Shown here: piece by piece, positions 10,868 through 23,223 of the stretch | Position numbering within the stretch: position 1 is the first letter of the stretch | Layout of the letters: each line of letters starts with the position of its first letter | DNA from: Fonticula alba ATCC 38817 | Lineage: Eukaryota; Protista; Nucleariida | DNA length: 64,000 bases | Assembly (NCBI GenBank): GCA_000388065.2 | Contig: KB932203.1 | Strand: one strand, 5' to 3' | Notes under the pieces: model-generated | Seen by the model: only the letters and a program-made list of their open reading frames with translations | Told to the model about the DNA's origin: nothing | Databases searched by the model: none | Made by a program: the position numbers and the translations under genes

Positions 10868-12409
10868 GTGTTGTTGGTGTTGTTGCTGCTGTTGGTGTTG
10901 CTGCTGCTGCTGATGGTGATGCGGGCCACCGCTGGGGAAAAGCCGGCCGACGTCCGACAATTTCCGATCGGGGGGGAATTGCGGCCGGTTGACGCGCGGG
11001 GAGTTGACCGCCGGCGAGGGACGGCGCTTGCCGATGCGCCGACCGCCGAAGCTCGCCGGAGCCGGCGACACCGGGCCCGGGCCCAGATCATCATCCGGCG
11101 AGAGCTCGGTGCTGTGCTTGTAGTCGGAGATGCCTCGGGCGGTTTCGATGTGACTGCGTGTTCGAGACACGCGTTTCGGGGTCCGAATGCCTGATGTGGG
11201 GGTCGAGGCACCCAGGCGCAGGGGGGTGCTGTTGCCGGCGGCGGCGGCGGCGGCGGCTGCGGCGGCCGCCGCCGCGCTGGATGCATCGCAGAAGGGCAGC
11301 CCGCTGCCCGGGGCCCCGGTGCCAGTGCATCCGCCACAGCCGCCACAGCCGCCGCATCCACCGGGCCCGGTGCCACCGCCGGCAGCCAGCCCCGCTCCGG
11401 GGCCGCCAAAAGCCGGGCTGGGGGAAGTGGCAGCGGCCGCGGCCGCGGCCGCGGCGGCCGCAGCAGCCTGTGCCGCTTGCGCCGCCCGCCGGGCCTGGCC
11501 ATCATCGGGGAAGCGTGTGACCCGCGTGCCGGAGTCACTGTCCGGCGCATCGGCAGACGGCCAGCCGCCTGCGCTGGGGCCTGTGGGGCTGGCATACTGG
11601 CCGCCGGGGCCGGGGCCGGGGCCGGAGCCCGGGCCCCCACCGGTCCCATGGAATGCCTGGAAGTCGCCCCCCGGCCCGGTGCCGAAGGAGAGATTGCCGG
11701 AGAAGGGCACCGACCGGAAGTAGCCCCCGGCGTCGTTGTGCTCCGGCCCGGGCGGCATCGGCTGGCCAAGACCGAAGCTCCCCTCGCCGAAGAGCCCCAT
11801 GGACAGCGAAGCAAAGGAAGACCCCGGGGGGAAGGACAGCGGCTTGCCGGTGTGCTCGATGTTGCTTTGCGACCGGCGAAGGATGCGCCCCGGGGCCGGG
11901 CCGCCGAAGGGGGACCCGGTCGGCGGGCCTGGCGAAGGCCCGGCCCCGGTGGCCGCCAAGGCGCTGGTGTGGTGCGCCGCGGGCGAGGGGGCCGGCGAGG
12001 CGGCCGGCGAGGCGGCCACCACCACCACCCCGCCCGGCGGGCCGCCGCGCATGCCAGCAATGCCCATGTCAAAGAGCCCGCCCTCGAAGCCGGTCGGCCC
12101 GCCGGGGCCCAGCCCCAGGTTCGAGTCATTCCGGTGGACATTGAGCGGGAGGCTCTCGCTGGAGAAGCACGACCGGAAGGCCGCCGACTGCAGCAGGCCC
12201 CGGTGTGCGGCCTCTTTCGGGGAGGCGCCGTCCGAGCGCGATGCCAGAAAGTGCTCGGTGCTGCCACGCCGGGAGGATGACGGCTGGTCGTCACCTTCCT
12301 GTGCATCCTCCTCGTCCGGGTGCGGGTGGTAGGCCGGCGGGTGGTATTGCGATGGCGGGCCCGGCTGGTACTGGTACTGGGCGTGGGGCTGATGGTAGGG
12401 CGAGTTTTG

Positions 12410-12442
<33 letters not shown>

Positions 12443-15278
12443 TGAGGCATACTGCCCATGGTGGAAGTGCGAGTGCTGCGCCGCGTGCGAATGGTGGTGC
12501 AGCAGGGGTCGGAGGAGGCTGCCCTCGCCACCGAGGCCGGCGCCCCCCTCGCGGCTGTCCTCCTCGAGAACCATGTCCGATGCAGGACCGGTCGGCTGGG
12601 CGAGAAGCGACCCCGCCGGCATGCCCATGCCGCCCTGGCTCGAGCCCGCCGAGTAGGCCGCACTGTGGAGGCTGGCTCCGGGGTCGGCAGAAGGCGGGAA
12701 GAACACCGGGCCACCGGGCGGCGGCCAGGAGTTCCGGTTCGAACGTGCGGGCAGCAGGGGCTCTGCAAAAGGATCCCACCCAAGGCAGGGGCCATGTCAG
12801 TTTCAGGGTCCCATGGACGTGCGGCAAAGGTGCCGCGACACGCGACATAGAGCACATGCGAGGGGGGGGGGGGGGGGGGGCGATGGGGCAGCGTACGAGA
12901 CATCTCCGACGGGAGATCCGGCGGCATAGCCGCACCATGCATCATGAGACCTGGATTGGAGAAGCGCCAACGCGAAGCACAACATCCGGGTCGCCACAAG
13001 GGCGCACATACACACACACACACACATACACACACACGCGCGCGCGCACGGAAACAACGCGTGACGTCAGGACCGGAGAGTTAGAACACAATGATGACGG
13101 ACATGCAGCCGACCCAGGCCGCGAAGTGAAGGCCCCGGTGCGGCCGACACCAAAGACACACGCTGTGGAGGACGTACCGCCACTAGGGGACCGCCCGGCA
13201 GTGGCGCCTGCCCCCTGTAACATGCTGGTCATGCGCTCCCAGGGCCCACGGGTGGGATCGTGCCCGGGCAGGCTGCCCGGGGCCAGGCGGTCGTCGCCCT
13301 CCCCGGGCCCGGACGGAACCGGCGGATCGGAGGACTCCAACGAAATCCGGCCCAGTCGGGCGAGCTCGGTGTTGGCACTGTTGCGGCGCTCGCCGCCAGC
13401 CCCCGGGGCCGCCACCGGCGGGTCCGACCGGAGATCCTGGTCGCCATACTCCACGGCCCCGGGGCCTCGAAGCCCCCCCACGGCCAGCGGCATGTCATGC
13501 AGCGACTCGCGCCGGCTGCCCGGGGCCGAGGAGGAGGTCGCCGACTCGGAGCCCACGTCGGAATACTCGTCGCGCAGGCTGCCACCCGGGGCCACGGCCC
13601 CCGGCTCCAGGCCCAACGGGCTTCCCGGCTCCGAGAGGCACTCATCATCCACCGGGTCCTCATCGCCGGGGTCATTGCCCGGCCCGCCGGAGGGGCAGCT
13701 GGTGGAGGACTTCCGCGCGTCGCGACTGTGGATCTTCTTATGCTGGGCCAGGTTGTCCCGGCGGCTGAAGTACTTGTTGCAGGTCTCGCACTTGAAGGGC
13801 TTCTCCCCGGTGTGCATCAGGTGATGGCGCTTCAGGTGCTCGAACCGGTGGAAGGCCTTGTTGCAGGAGGGCTCGGTGCAGCAAAAGATCTTGGTCAGCC
13901 GGTTGAGCCGCATACACAGGGTGATGCCCACGTCGGCGGTCAGCTCGCCGCCGGTGTGCGTCGGGGTCCGGATCTTGGCAATGAGCAGCGACATGTTCAG
14001 GGCATTGGGCCGCGACCCGGGCAGGGAGACATTCTTGTTGATGGGCGGCGACAGCTCGCTGAGGCTGCCCCCGGCCGTGGTGGTCTGGGCATTCTGCTGC
14101 TGGATGATGCCGGAGATGAAGTCGCTCGAGAGGCCGATCAGCTCGCGCGGGACCGCCTGCGATGCGAGCCCCGGCATGTGGTGATGCCCATGGTGTGGCC
14201 CATGGTGGTGGCCGTGATGGAAGGCATGGACCTGGGCCAGGTGCGGGTGGTGGTGGGGATGGTGGACCTGCTGCTGTGCCAGCATATGGTGCGCATGCTG
14301 GCCCTGATGGGCATGCAGCTGGCCGTGGTGCAGCTGGCCATGGTGCAACTGGCCGTGGTGCAGCTGGCCATGGTGCATGGCCGCATGGTGGGTCGGGTGG
14401 AAGGCATGCCCCGGGGCCCCGAGGGCGAGGCCGGCGGCCCCGGCCGCGGAGGAGCCGGCGAAAACGAAATCCGACTCCTCGGCCAAACGCCCAGGCCCGG
14501 CGCCCGGATGCATCATCCCCCCGAAGGCCGGGTGGCCGGTGCCATTGCCGGCAGTGGTGCCGTTGCTTGCGCCGGGCCCGCCACCGCCACTGCCGACGCC
14601 GACGCCGACGCCGACGCTTCCATTGCCGGTGCTATTGCCACCGCCCGCGCCGCCGGCCACGCCCAAATCCGCCCCGGGCCCGGCACCCTGTAGAGGGTGA
14701 TACCCGAGGAATTGGGCCTGGTACGAGGAGCCCTGGCTGGCGGGAATGGTCAGAAGGGCCTGCTGGGAGAAGTCCCCAGCCGGCTGGACTTGGTGCGGGG
14801 GCTGCTGCACTTGGCCCGCGTGGGCGTGGAAAATACCGGAGTAGTCCGCCAGCCCGCCGGGGGCCAGGTGAACATCGGCCGAGGGGGCCCCGAAGCCGCC
14901 ACCGCCGCTCGACAGCGACAGTCCCATGTAGGCTCCAGCAGCGGGCCCGCCAGCCCCCGGGGCCAGGGGCGGTGGCAGGTCCCCCGTCGCATGGAAGGAC
15001 CCCTCCTCGAGGTAGAAGCCGCCGGAGGAGGAGGCGGACACGGTGTTGGCCCCGGATCCGGGCCCGGACCCGGGGAAGTCCCCATTGTCGGGCCGGGGTG
15101 GCACGCCCGGAAGAAGGCCCCCGGCGAAGTAGGACCCCGGCTTGGGGCCCTCGTGAGGGGGGTACTCCGAAGTGTAGTCATCATGGCCGGGGCCGGCCTG
15201 CGCCGAGATCAAGGTGCTCTTGTCTTCTTCCGTGGCGGGGTGTGGGCGCCCGGGCTGGAAGCCCCCTGGGGGGTTCAT
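9744..15278 (-). CDS. Large C2H2 zinc-finger transcription factor (two Msn2/Msn4/Ste12-type fingers, otherwise disordered); predicted complement(join(<9744..12762,12897..12950,13178..15278)), over 1700 aa, 3' end lost in gap
   Basis: Fingers [53 protein letters not shown] at about 13735-13885. Donor GTACGT at 13177, acceptor CCAG at 12951, 54-nt exon, donor GTACGC at 12896, branch CTGAC and acceptor TTTTGCAG at 12763. All are phase 1 and join ORF 12942..15278 to ORF 9350..12706. Confidence 0.8.
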
Positions 15279-15865
15279 GCTATCGGTCGCTTCGCCAAGG
15301 ACCCGATGGCAGGGAGGGAGGGGCTAGGGAGCGGGGGTGGGGGGGAGTAGGGGGGGGGGGGAGTGCTGCAACGAAGCGTCTCGGCGGAAGGGCAGACGGA
15401 GGGCGCTACATGATATGGGTGCCCATATCGGGAGGCAAGGGGTCAATGCTTTCTTGGCGAGGCTGCGGGGGAGGCGCCCTTGCGTTCTGGGCGGCTGAGG
15501 CGCTCATGTACGTACGAGCGGGACTTGGGTGCCAAGCAAGAAGAGCCAAAGGGCCGGACGTGGTGGAGGTCCGGATTGCTCGGAGGCCGGGGCGTATCAG
15601 GGGGGGGTAACTGGGTCGGAGGACGCCAGAAAAGCACATTCAATGGGGGGGAGCCAGGGAGAACAAGCGACCGAGGAGAGTGGTCAGCTTCCGCCTTGCG
15701 AGGCCTGTCTGTCCCTTTCGGGCGATATAAACCGGCAGTCAGCCAACTTGGTGGTACCTCGCTCAAACAAGGGAGGGAAGGAGGGGGGGGGGGGCGAATG
15801 CGTCTGCAGCCCCAGAGCTATCGGGTGCACTAGGCAGTGGATGGGAGCTTTTGGTGACGGCGGGG

Positions 15866-16740
15866 NNNNNNNNNNNNNNNNNNNNNNNNNNNNNNNNNNN
15901 NNNNNNNNNNNNNNNNNNNNNNNNNNNNNNNNNNNNNNNNNNNNNNNNNNNNNNNNNNNNNNNNNNNNNNNNNNNNNNNNNNNNNNNNNNNNNNNNNNNN
16001 NNNNNNNNNNNNNNNNNNNNNNNNNNNNNNNNNNNNNNNNNNNNNNNNNNNNNNNNNNNNNNNNNNNNNNNNNNNNNNNNNNNNNNNNNNNNNNNNNNNN
16101 NNNNNNNNNNNNNNNNNNNNNNNNNNNNNNNNNNNNNNNNNNNNNNNNNNNNNNNNNNNNNNNNNNNNNNNNNNNNNNNNNNNNNNNNNNNNNNNNNNNN
16201 NNNNNNNNNNNNNNNNNNNNNNNNNNNNNNNNNNNNNNNNNNNNNNNNNNNNNNNNNNNNNNNNNNNNNNNNNNNNNNNNNNNNNNNNNNNNNNNNNNNN
16301 NNNNNNNNNNNNNNNNNNNNNNNNNNNNNNNNNNNNNNNNNNNNNNNNNNNNNNNNNNNNNNNNNNNNNNNNNNNNNNNNNNNNNNNNNNNNNNNNNNNN
16401 NNNNNNNNNNNNNNNNNNNNNNNNNNNNNNNNNNNNNNNNNNNNNNNNNNNNNNNNNNNNNNNNNNNNNNNNNNNNNNNNNNNNNNNNNNNNNNNNNNNN
16501 NNNNNNNNNNNNNNNNNNNNNNNNNNNNNNNNNNNNNNNNNNNNNNNNNNNNNNNNNNNNNNNNNNNNNNNNNNNNNNNNNNNNNNNNNNNNNNNNNNNN
16601 NNNNNNNNNNNNNNNNNNNNNNNNNNNNNNNNNNNNNNNNNNNNNNNNNNNNNNNNNNNNNNNNNNNNNNNNNNNNNNNNNNNNNNNNNNNNNNNNNNNN
16701 NNNNNNNNNNNNNNNNNNNNNNNNNNNNNNNNNNNNNNNN
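15866..16740. other. Assembly gap (N run), followed by a poly-G tract
   Basis: N characters; G run at 16741-16780. Confidence 1.
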
Positions 16741-16783
<43 letters not shown>

Positions 16784-19700
16784 GGTGTCGACCGCTTCGT
16801 TCCCGGCCCTCCTGCCATTTGGTGCGGTCGACCCTTTTGTTTTTATTTTCCGGGTCCCTCGTCCCCGCCCGCCCCGCCGGGCCTCTCTCTCTCATACACA
16901 CACACACATACACATCCCCATGTGCCTCACGCATACCAACGCCCTCAGCCCATCTGCCTCGGCCGCAATAGTGCCAGTATCAGACCCGCGCGCCTTCGTC
17001 GCGGGCTCCACGCGACGCGCGACATGCGCGGCGCACCAGCTCCAAGGTACAACCTCCACCCTCTGTCCTGGAAGGGGAGGAGGCAAGACGGGGCGGGACA
17101 TACATGGGGCATGGGGCAGTGCCGGGACTCCTTCATGGCTGGGAGCTGATGCCCCTGACACGAGAAAAAATATGCACATTTGCGCGAGTGCATGCGTGCA
17201 TGCACACACACACACACACACACGCACGCACGCACGAAAATGCGTCCGCGCACGCACTTGGAAGTAGCCCTGATCAGCCCGCGCCCGAAAGGCACGAGTG
17301 TGAGGCTCGGCCGAGGCGCTTCGGAGAAGGGCGCTCCCGACTCAGGACAAGGATGGTGGCAAGGCCCAGGGGCTGCTCGAGAGCGGGGCATCCTCTGGTA
17401 GCAAGAGCCCCCTGCCGCGCCGGGCCGCGCCCCTGTTGCCCTAGCCGGCACGCCCCATGCCACCAGGGCAAGGACCGAGCAAAGCACCGGTTTCTGTAGG
17501 GCAGCCTTGGGTGGGGATCTTTCCCCGGAAACAGGCACCCCTCGTCCACGGGCTTGGTGCACCCTCGGCGCTCGGGCCAAGGGTGCCGGCGACCCTGGCA
17601 GCCCGGGCCGGCACGCGCTTACCACCGGACAATATCCTCCCGGGGCGCCGGGGCCGGGCTACCAACCTCGGGCCCGGTGTAAGGGGGGGGGGGGTCGTCG
17701 GGAAGTGCGGTGTCGACGCCGGGCCGAGTAGAGCCCCGCCCCTCCCGGGGTGGGGGGGGGGGCAGACCATGGATCGGCACGGCAGTCGGGGAGCCGATGT
17801 CAGCACCTGGGCACTGAGCACAGGCGCCTGCGGCCATTACACACCGGGCGTGGGCAGTCGAAAGACCGGGGCTGGGGCCGAGGGGCCGGCCAACAAGGCG
17901 CGGCTCCCGGTGAGGAACGGGCCCCGAAGTGGTCCAACAAGCACAGGCTGGTGCCCAGCCGGGGTCCAGGGCTTAACAGCCTCCCGGCATTCGGGGGCAC
18001 CCGGCCCCCAGCATGCGACGCCCGATTGGCGACCCCCGCGCCCGAAAGCTCGTGCTTGGAACCACCCATCGCGCCCGGAAGAGCAAGAGTGATTGCTGTC
18101 AAGGAGGGGGAGGGGGGGCAGGCCTGACATTGGACGATTCTATGACTGGATTTGGCTGGCGTACGCCACGCCTCTTCGCGCGGGGGGGAGAGCGAGAGGG
18201 GGCGACGTGGCTGGCGGGCCCTCCACTGGCTCCCGGCAATCTGGCGGCCACACCCGTGGGCCCGGTCGGGGTGCAGCCGCCCGGCGAAAGGCGTCCTCCC
18301 CGAACGGGCGTGAGTGCGAAGACCCCAGTAGCGACGCAAGCATTCCCATGACAGGAACGAAGGAACACGGCGATACAACTGGAAGGGGGAGGGTGCTGGC
18401 ACGGGGGGAGGGGGGGGGAGGGGGGGAAGCGCCAGGAAGAGGCGGGTCGCCTGGGCCGGGGGCTGACACCTCTTCGGGGCCGGGGCCGGGGCCGAGCACG
18501 ACGCGCGGATCAACCGACTGCATGGGCCGACCCGGTGCCCGGGTGCATGGTCTCACATGTCCCCCGACCCGTGCATCTCCCACCTGGCCGGGGCATGAGG
18601 CACAATATTGTCAGCCTGGCACCCTTGGGAAGCGAGTGGACACGCGTGCTCGCACTCGAACACGACCACGGCCACAACCACAACGATGACGGTGACGACC
18701 GCGACGCCGGGCAGTCCACCAAATGCACCTCGACCGGGCCGCACAATGGCTGCGAGCGCGTGCATGGCACTCGGGCGGGGCCCGCGATTGGCCGCAATGA
18801 CCCCCGCTCCGGGGTGTCCCACGCGCCAGCGGCCGTATGGGCAAAGGCCAATCCAGGTGACACGGGCATTCTTTCGGATCTGGCGTGTGTGTGGCCGCTC
18901 TTCAGCACGAACAACACACGCCAGGCTGCGATATACGGGCGAAGGGGGCAAAGAAAAAAAAGGACAACCAATCGCAACCCTGGAAAATGGGCGCACCCCC
19001 TCCCTGCGAAATGTGAAAAGGCGCCGCCGACACACGATGAGGCGGCGCCAGGTGGCCGAACAAACTGACACGCGTGCTCCGCACGACACATGCCACTACC
19101 CCGCCCCCGAGTCGGCAGGCAGTGCGGAAATGAGCGCATCCCCGCGTGTACGGCCCTGGGAGCCTGGGGGGGGGGGGGGGGACAATCGAGCGACAAGGCT
19201 GCCAGCATGCATGAGACAGCGGAGGGCGAGGGCATGCCTTCTTGCGCCTTTGCGCTTTGTCGGCCGCTCTCTTTTGCCCTGCCACCTTCTACCGGTCTGC
19301 CTCTGAGGCCTGCCCTCCTGGTAGAGGGTAGGGGGCTCGGCTTTGTTCATGTCGGGCACAGGAAGGCGAGAGCCACCACCAAGCGAGAGGGCCTTTCCCT
19401 CGGTCGAGGAGTTCGGCCTGGGATGTGCGGCAGAGGGGGGATGGGGGAGAAGGCAGTGAGGCCGCTGCCTGGCTTGAAGGCCGGGAGCAGACGCTGCCAC
19501 CACCGTCTAAAACACGCCGCCCCGGATGGCGGGGATTGTGGGCGTGCAATCCAGGTCGTTTGCGTGGCCCCAGTTGTGCGAGGGAGCGCTCTGCCGCATT
19601 CGGGGGAGGGAGACCGAAGCCCAGCCGCGATCGCCAGAGAGGGAGCAAGAAAGGGAGAACACACGCCCGCACACGCCCGCACACGCCCGCACACGTACAC

Positions 19701-20426
19701 AGACAAAGTGCACACACACGAAGCATCGGGGGGGAACGGGCCAATGAGACACGCCACCCAGGGAGGACAGATGTCAGAGCCGGTGTGGAAAGGCCCCGGC
19801 CCCGGCGCCCACACCGGCGACCGCGCCGGCCCGGGGGCGTACGAGGGGACCGGAGCAGTCAGCAACCTCGCTCGGCACCTGGATACCCGGCCGAATCGTT
19901 GGCATTTGGCATTCTCCGTCGCCACCTGTGCCTTGCCTCAGCGCGCCGGCACACAACGAAGCCCCCCCCCCCCGGCGGTCGTCCTGCTGTCCATTTGTCA
20001 AGGATGGTCGCTCTCAGGGGGAGCGGACGGATGCTTTGAGCCATGTCATTGGTTACCGGCGCATTGGCAAACGAGGCAATCGCGCCGCCCCCGCGCGTCG
20101 CCGGGGCCACAGCCGCACACTTTGGGCAAGGGACACCGGCGCCCCAGGGATAGCCAGCATCGCCAGCAGGGCGGGCCCCGTCGCCCCTCCGCCCCCCCCC
20201 CCCCCCCTTCCATCCCGCCGATGCATCGGAGGCACCGCCTCCGGCAGAGCCTGGTGGCAGCGGAGAGCGAGGCAGAAGCAAGACACAGTCAGGAACAGGC
20301 ACGGGGCGAAGGGCTCGGCCTGTGTGCCCCCGCCCGGTGGTGGAGGGGTTTGTTTTATTTGCCTATGCATTTTTTTGGGAAGTAGCTGAGCCGCTCTCAA
20401 GGATCCGCACAATGGCCTGCTCCTGC

Positions 20427-20451
20427 GGGGGGGGGGGGGGGGGGGGGGGGG

Positions 20452-20544
<93 letters not shown>
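20427..20544. repeat. About 118-bp near-pure poly-G tract
   Basis: G run with two interruptions, seen directly; lies just 3' of the Kae1/Qri7 gene. Confidence 0.9.
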
Positions 20545-20545
<1 letters not shown>

Positions 20546-20702
20546 GCTCTCACATGGGGCGGCATCATCGATGGATGAACAGCGCCGCTAGTTGCCATGC
20601 TTGCGAGTCTCCTTTCGCCACTGCTCGAGCCGGCGATGCTGCCACTTCCGGGCGCGAGCGCCGCCTTCGAATCCGAGATACACACATACATCCACATACA
20701 TC

Positions 20703-20734
<32 letters not shown>

Positions 20735-20855
20735 TACAATGGACAGGAACATGGGTGAGCGGCCAGGGCACAGGGCAGGCGGGAGGGGAGGGGGGGGGGG
20801 GGCTGTCCGCCGATCTCCAAGAGGAGAACTCCATGTAGGATGGCGTCCCAGAAAT

Positions 20856-23223
20856 CTAAGAGGAGGGAGTTGAGCAGGGCAGGCTGGCGTTGTCGATGGT
20901 GGCAGCGGCGGTGGGGATGGCGGCAGCAGCATCACGGCGCTCGCGTGATTGGCGCCGGGCCGCAGCACGGCGCTCCGCCCTGGCCTGCGCCGTGGCGGCC
21001 CTCTGCTCGACGGCCTCGGGGAGGGCCTCCTGGCGGAGGTGCTCCCTTTGCGAAGCCAGCTCCCCCTCCACGAGGGCCAGCAGGCGCACATCGTCTGAGT
21101 GGTAGCCGAGTGTCTGGTTGGCGCTCGGATCGGCCATGGCCTCAGCCTGCTGGCGCTCACGCGTCCTGGTGTCCAATGGCCAGGAGGAGATGAAGCCGAA
21201 GTCGGGCAGCGATGTACAGCCCAAGGCCTGGGGCTCCATCGCCTCAAGTCGCTCGAGAGCTGCCCATGCAATCATGGCCGCGTTGTCCGAGCACAGGGCC
21301 GCCGGGGGGAAGGATGGCGTGAGGCCATGCTTTTCGGCGAAGTTGACAAAGCTGATGTGGATGGGAAAGGCAGGGGCGGGGACAGGGGGGGTGGGGGGAT
21401 TAGCGCCATGAAGGAAGAACGACGGCAGAGGGACCGGGGGAGGGGGAGGATGAAGGTGCCAAAGAGGGGGGGATTGCGGCGCACCCGTTGCGGAGGAAGC
21501 GGTTCTGAGCCACGCCGCCGCTGACCACCAGGTGCTTGAATGTGCCCATCTCGGCGGCCTGCGCGCGGGGGGGGGGGGTATTCGGATAGCCGGCAGGGGG
21601 GGATCGGGGAAAGGGGAAGGGGGGGGAGGTCAGCCGCTGCCCGGGAGGGAGAACAGAGACAAGGGCAAGGAAAAGTGGTGGAGCTTGACAAACCAGATGG
21701 CGTGCGGTGCGGTTCAGTTGCTGCTGCATGTGTAACCAAGCTGTCTGCTGGAAGGAGGCAGCGATGTTGTTGACAAACTCCTCCGATGGAGAGGCCTCAG
21801 CCTCGATGCTGAATGGCCGGCACGAGCGTCAGATGCCGGAGAGGTGGGGGAGTGAGAGAGAGAGAGAGAGAGAGGGAAGGAGGGGGGGGGGCGAGGAAGA
21901 GTTGGCGGAAAGAGAGACGGCGCGACGCACAGCTGGATGACCGAGCTCATGAGACCGGCATAGCTAAATCCGATGCCTGGATGCTTGGCCAAGGGCACCG
22001 AGTAGTTGAAAGCGGTGGGATCGCCATGCTCGGCAGCAAGTTCGAGCGCGGCGCCTGGAGCAATACCACTCGGCGTGGCGCCCGAGAGGGCGCCTGCCTG
22101 CCAGGCCAGGCCCAACGACCGGGAGACCTTGTCGAAGGCGACGCCGATGCTGTTGTCGCGGGTGGTGCCGAGCTGGGGGACAGGGACACGGTGATGTGAG
22201 AGGGAGAGAAAGGGGAGAGAGAGAGAGGGGGGGGGGGAGACCATGACAATCAAGCGAGAGCCGGGCAGCATGAGACATGACCGGAAACCGACGCGCACCA
22301 CCTCGAAGTGGTCCAACGACCGGACCACCACAATCAGGGTGTGCCCGCCGGAAATGAGCACGCAGAGGAAGGGGAAGTCGATGTTGGCCGGGGCGGGCAT
22401 GGTGCTGATATCCTCCGGGGTGTGAACGCGGCCCAGGGGGGTCAGGCGCGCTGTCAGCGCATGCGCCTCCATGTGGTGAACCCCGAGCAGCGGCAGGTTC
22501 GTGGTGGCGGCGATGACCCGAGCCGAGGCAATTCCGGCCGCCAGGCAGGGAGACAGCCCGGGACCGCGCGTGACTGCCACGGCCGAGAGATCGGACAAGT
22601 GGATCCCAGCAGTCTGGATCGCACTGAACGGAGGGTGAGTACATTTAGCCAGAAGGGCGGGGGGGGAGGGGNNNNNNNNNNNNNNNGGGGGGGGGGGGCG
22701 GATCGGAGCGAGCGAGTGCGCACGTGCGGATGGCGATCGGCAGACGGGTTGAGTGGAAGGCGCTTGCTACCCGAGGATGCACCCCCTGGAAGGATCGGAG
22801 AGCCTGGAATTGCGAGAGCTGGATGTTGGACCGGATCATACGGTTGCTGTCGACCTGCCGGCAGAGGGGAGGGGGAGAGGGAGAAAGAAGCAGGGTGAGT
22901 GATCAACGGGGAAGGCCAGGGGTTACGGGGGGGGAGAGAAGAAAAAACAGCGGAGCACGCACGACTGAGACACAGGTGTCATCACAGCTGGTCTCGATAG
23001 CCAGGACAACATGCTTGGCCGGGGGGAAGGGCCCGACCGAGGTGGGTCCGTGCGAGATCTTGGGTGTGAGATCGCCGACGCTCAGCCGAGGGGGAGCCGG
23101 GGGAGCGGGATCGGCCGCTTCAGCTGACGTGGAGAAGGCTCGCAGGGCGGCTGCTCGGAGATGGGGGAGCTGCCCGGCCGTGCGGAGGGCCGCCGAGAGC
23201 GGCGCTCGTCCGGGGAGCATCAT
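20856..23223 (-). CDS. QRI7: tRNA N6-threonylcarbamoyladenosine (t6A) transferase, mitochondrial TsaD/Qri7/OSGEPL1 type; complement(join(20856..21351,21485..21558,21694..21808,21931..22172,22299..22623,22724..22854,22963..23223)), 547 aa
   Basis: Motifs VLAIETSCDDT, AVTRGPGL, GVHHMEAHAL, LISGGHT, LGTTRDNSIGVAFDK, LVVSGGVAQN and CSDNAAMIAW. N-terminal Arg/Ala/Leu-rich presequence ending RAFSTSA. Seven phase-consistent GT-AG exons totalling 1644 nt. Confidence 0.93.
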
